Assembly (NCBI GenBank): GCA_051294375.1
Contig: CM119263.1
Span: forward strand, 7,208,494 to 7,272,493
Reading direction: 5' to 3'
DNA length: 64,000 bases
Origin: Paraspadella gotoi
Taxonomy: Eukaryota; Animalia; Chaetognatha
The notes beneath the pieces are model-generated. The model was not told where the DNA came from and did no database searches. It saw only the letters and a program-made list of their open reading frames with translations. Both the position numbers and the translations under genes were made by a program. Every line of letters starts with the position of its first letter. Positions within the stretch are counted from its first letter, which is position 1. Positions 63,203 through 64,000 of the stretch are shown piece after piece.

Positions 63203-64000
63203 TCTCTCTCTCTCTCTCTCGTTCATTTTTCTTCGGCTACGCAGGAAATAATATATCATTGTATACGGGGCCATAATTTGTACCGAAAGGGAAGTAAACA
63301 GAAGAAAGACCAACGGCATGATTCGCGGGCGAAATGTGCATGCCTCGCAGGTCTGGCGTGATCCTGGCAGCCGCGGGTGCGTGCGGCGACTTCTGAGAGG
63401 GCCTGTGGAGCTCGTGGCGAGATTCTGTGCGCGGGGGATCCGAAAAAGGAATGAGGCTGTGTAGTCGGAGAGTGATTGGGCGAAGTTCGCCGGGATTAAA
63501 AAAAAAAAAAGTGTCTTTTATTCTTTGATCACCGTTGTGTCTCTTTTGGTGCGTCGTAATTTTTTCCTATTCTCTTTTTTTCTTATTTTTCTTCCTCTTC
63601 TATTCTTTTTTTTAATCTTCATATACTCTATCTGTTGAAACCCTACTTTGTATCATGGTAAAACCCTTAACTATAACCTCTTATATTCTTAATTAGAACC
63701 AATGTAATAAAGCATGAAATAGTTACACCACATTTTGATGTAACACCATTTTCCAATCTATGATAGCTATTCGAATAGAGAATGTTATGATAATCAGAAA
63801 TAATACATGTGATGGAGAAGAGGCAATGGTATGATTAAACTATTTAAGAGAATGTCAAATGTTATTAATATAATAAAACCTTAACTGTAACTTATAAGTA
63901 GATATCATATACTAATACATATGTTCCAAGTACTATCTCATATCAATTCATGTTGGTTCTCTTTCTTTTATGTCCTCTTTCTCTGTTCTCTTCTCTTTCT
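62430..64000. repeat. Inverted duplication (62430-63122 vs 63276-64000, running off the window) with a ~150-bp spacer
   Basis: CTGTTTACTCCCTTTCGGGTTACAAAT (~63096) / ATTTGTACCGAAAGGGAAGTAAACAG (~63276); TTTTGGTGCGTCGTAATTTTTTCCTAT (~63544) is the reverse complement of about 62833-62859. The right arm is riddled with indels. Confidence 0.92.

Overview
A eukaryotic (probably invertebrate animal) draft-assembly window. It is saturated with microsatellites ((GA/CT)n, (CGA/TCG)n, (TAA)n, (AGT)n, (CCTAT)n) and broken by about 20 N-gaps. Almost all ORF-track entries are translations of simple repeats or N-runs. The only credible protein-coding signal is a minus-strand gene with two large low-complexity exons (16556-14743 and 6861-5063). 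These have consensus splice sites in compatible phase, but I recognise no domain, and the gene is incomplete at its 3' end. Other real-looking elements are a TTAA-flanked foldback MITE (3273-3915), a small hairpin element (7372-7540), a tRNA-derived SINE-like element (about 49381-49670) and several transcription-factor motif arrays (4 CCAAT boxes at an exact 39-bp period, 3 phased TCACGTGA E-boxes, CRE sites). Over 40% of the window lies in duplicated blocks: a ~10 kb tandem pair (21290-31290 / 31316-41463) and two inverted pairs (50130-52410 / 53467-55690 and 62430-63122 / 63276-64000). Their indel-rich divergence and, for two of them, their position at 25-N gaps point to long-read gap-filling or chimera artefacts rather than biology. 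I found no convincing novel multi-gene system. The best leads are the CCAAT array inside the putative coding exon and the unrecognised gene itself.
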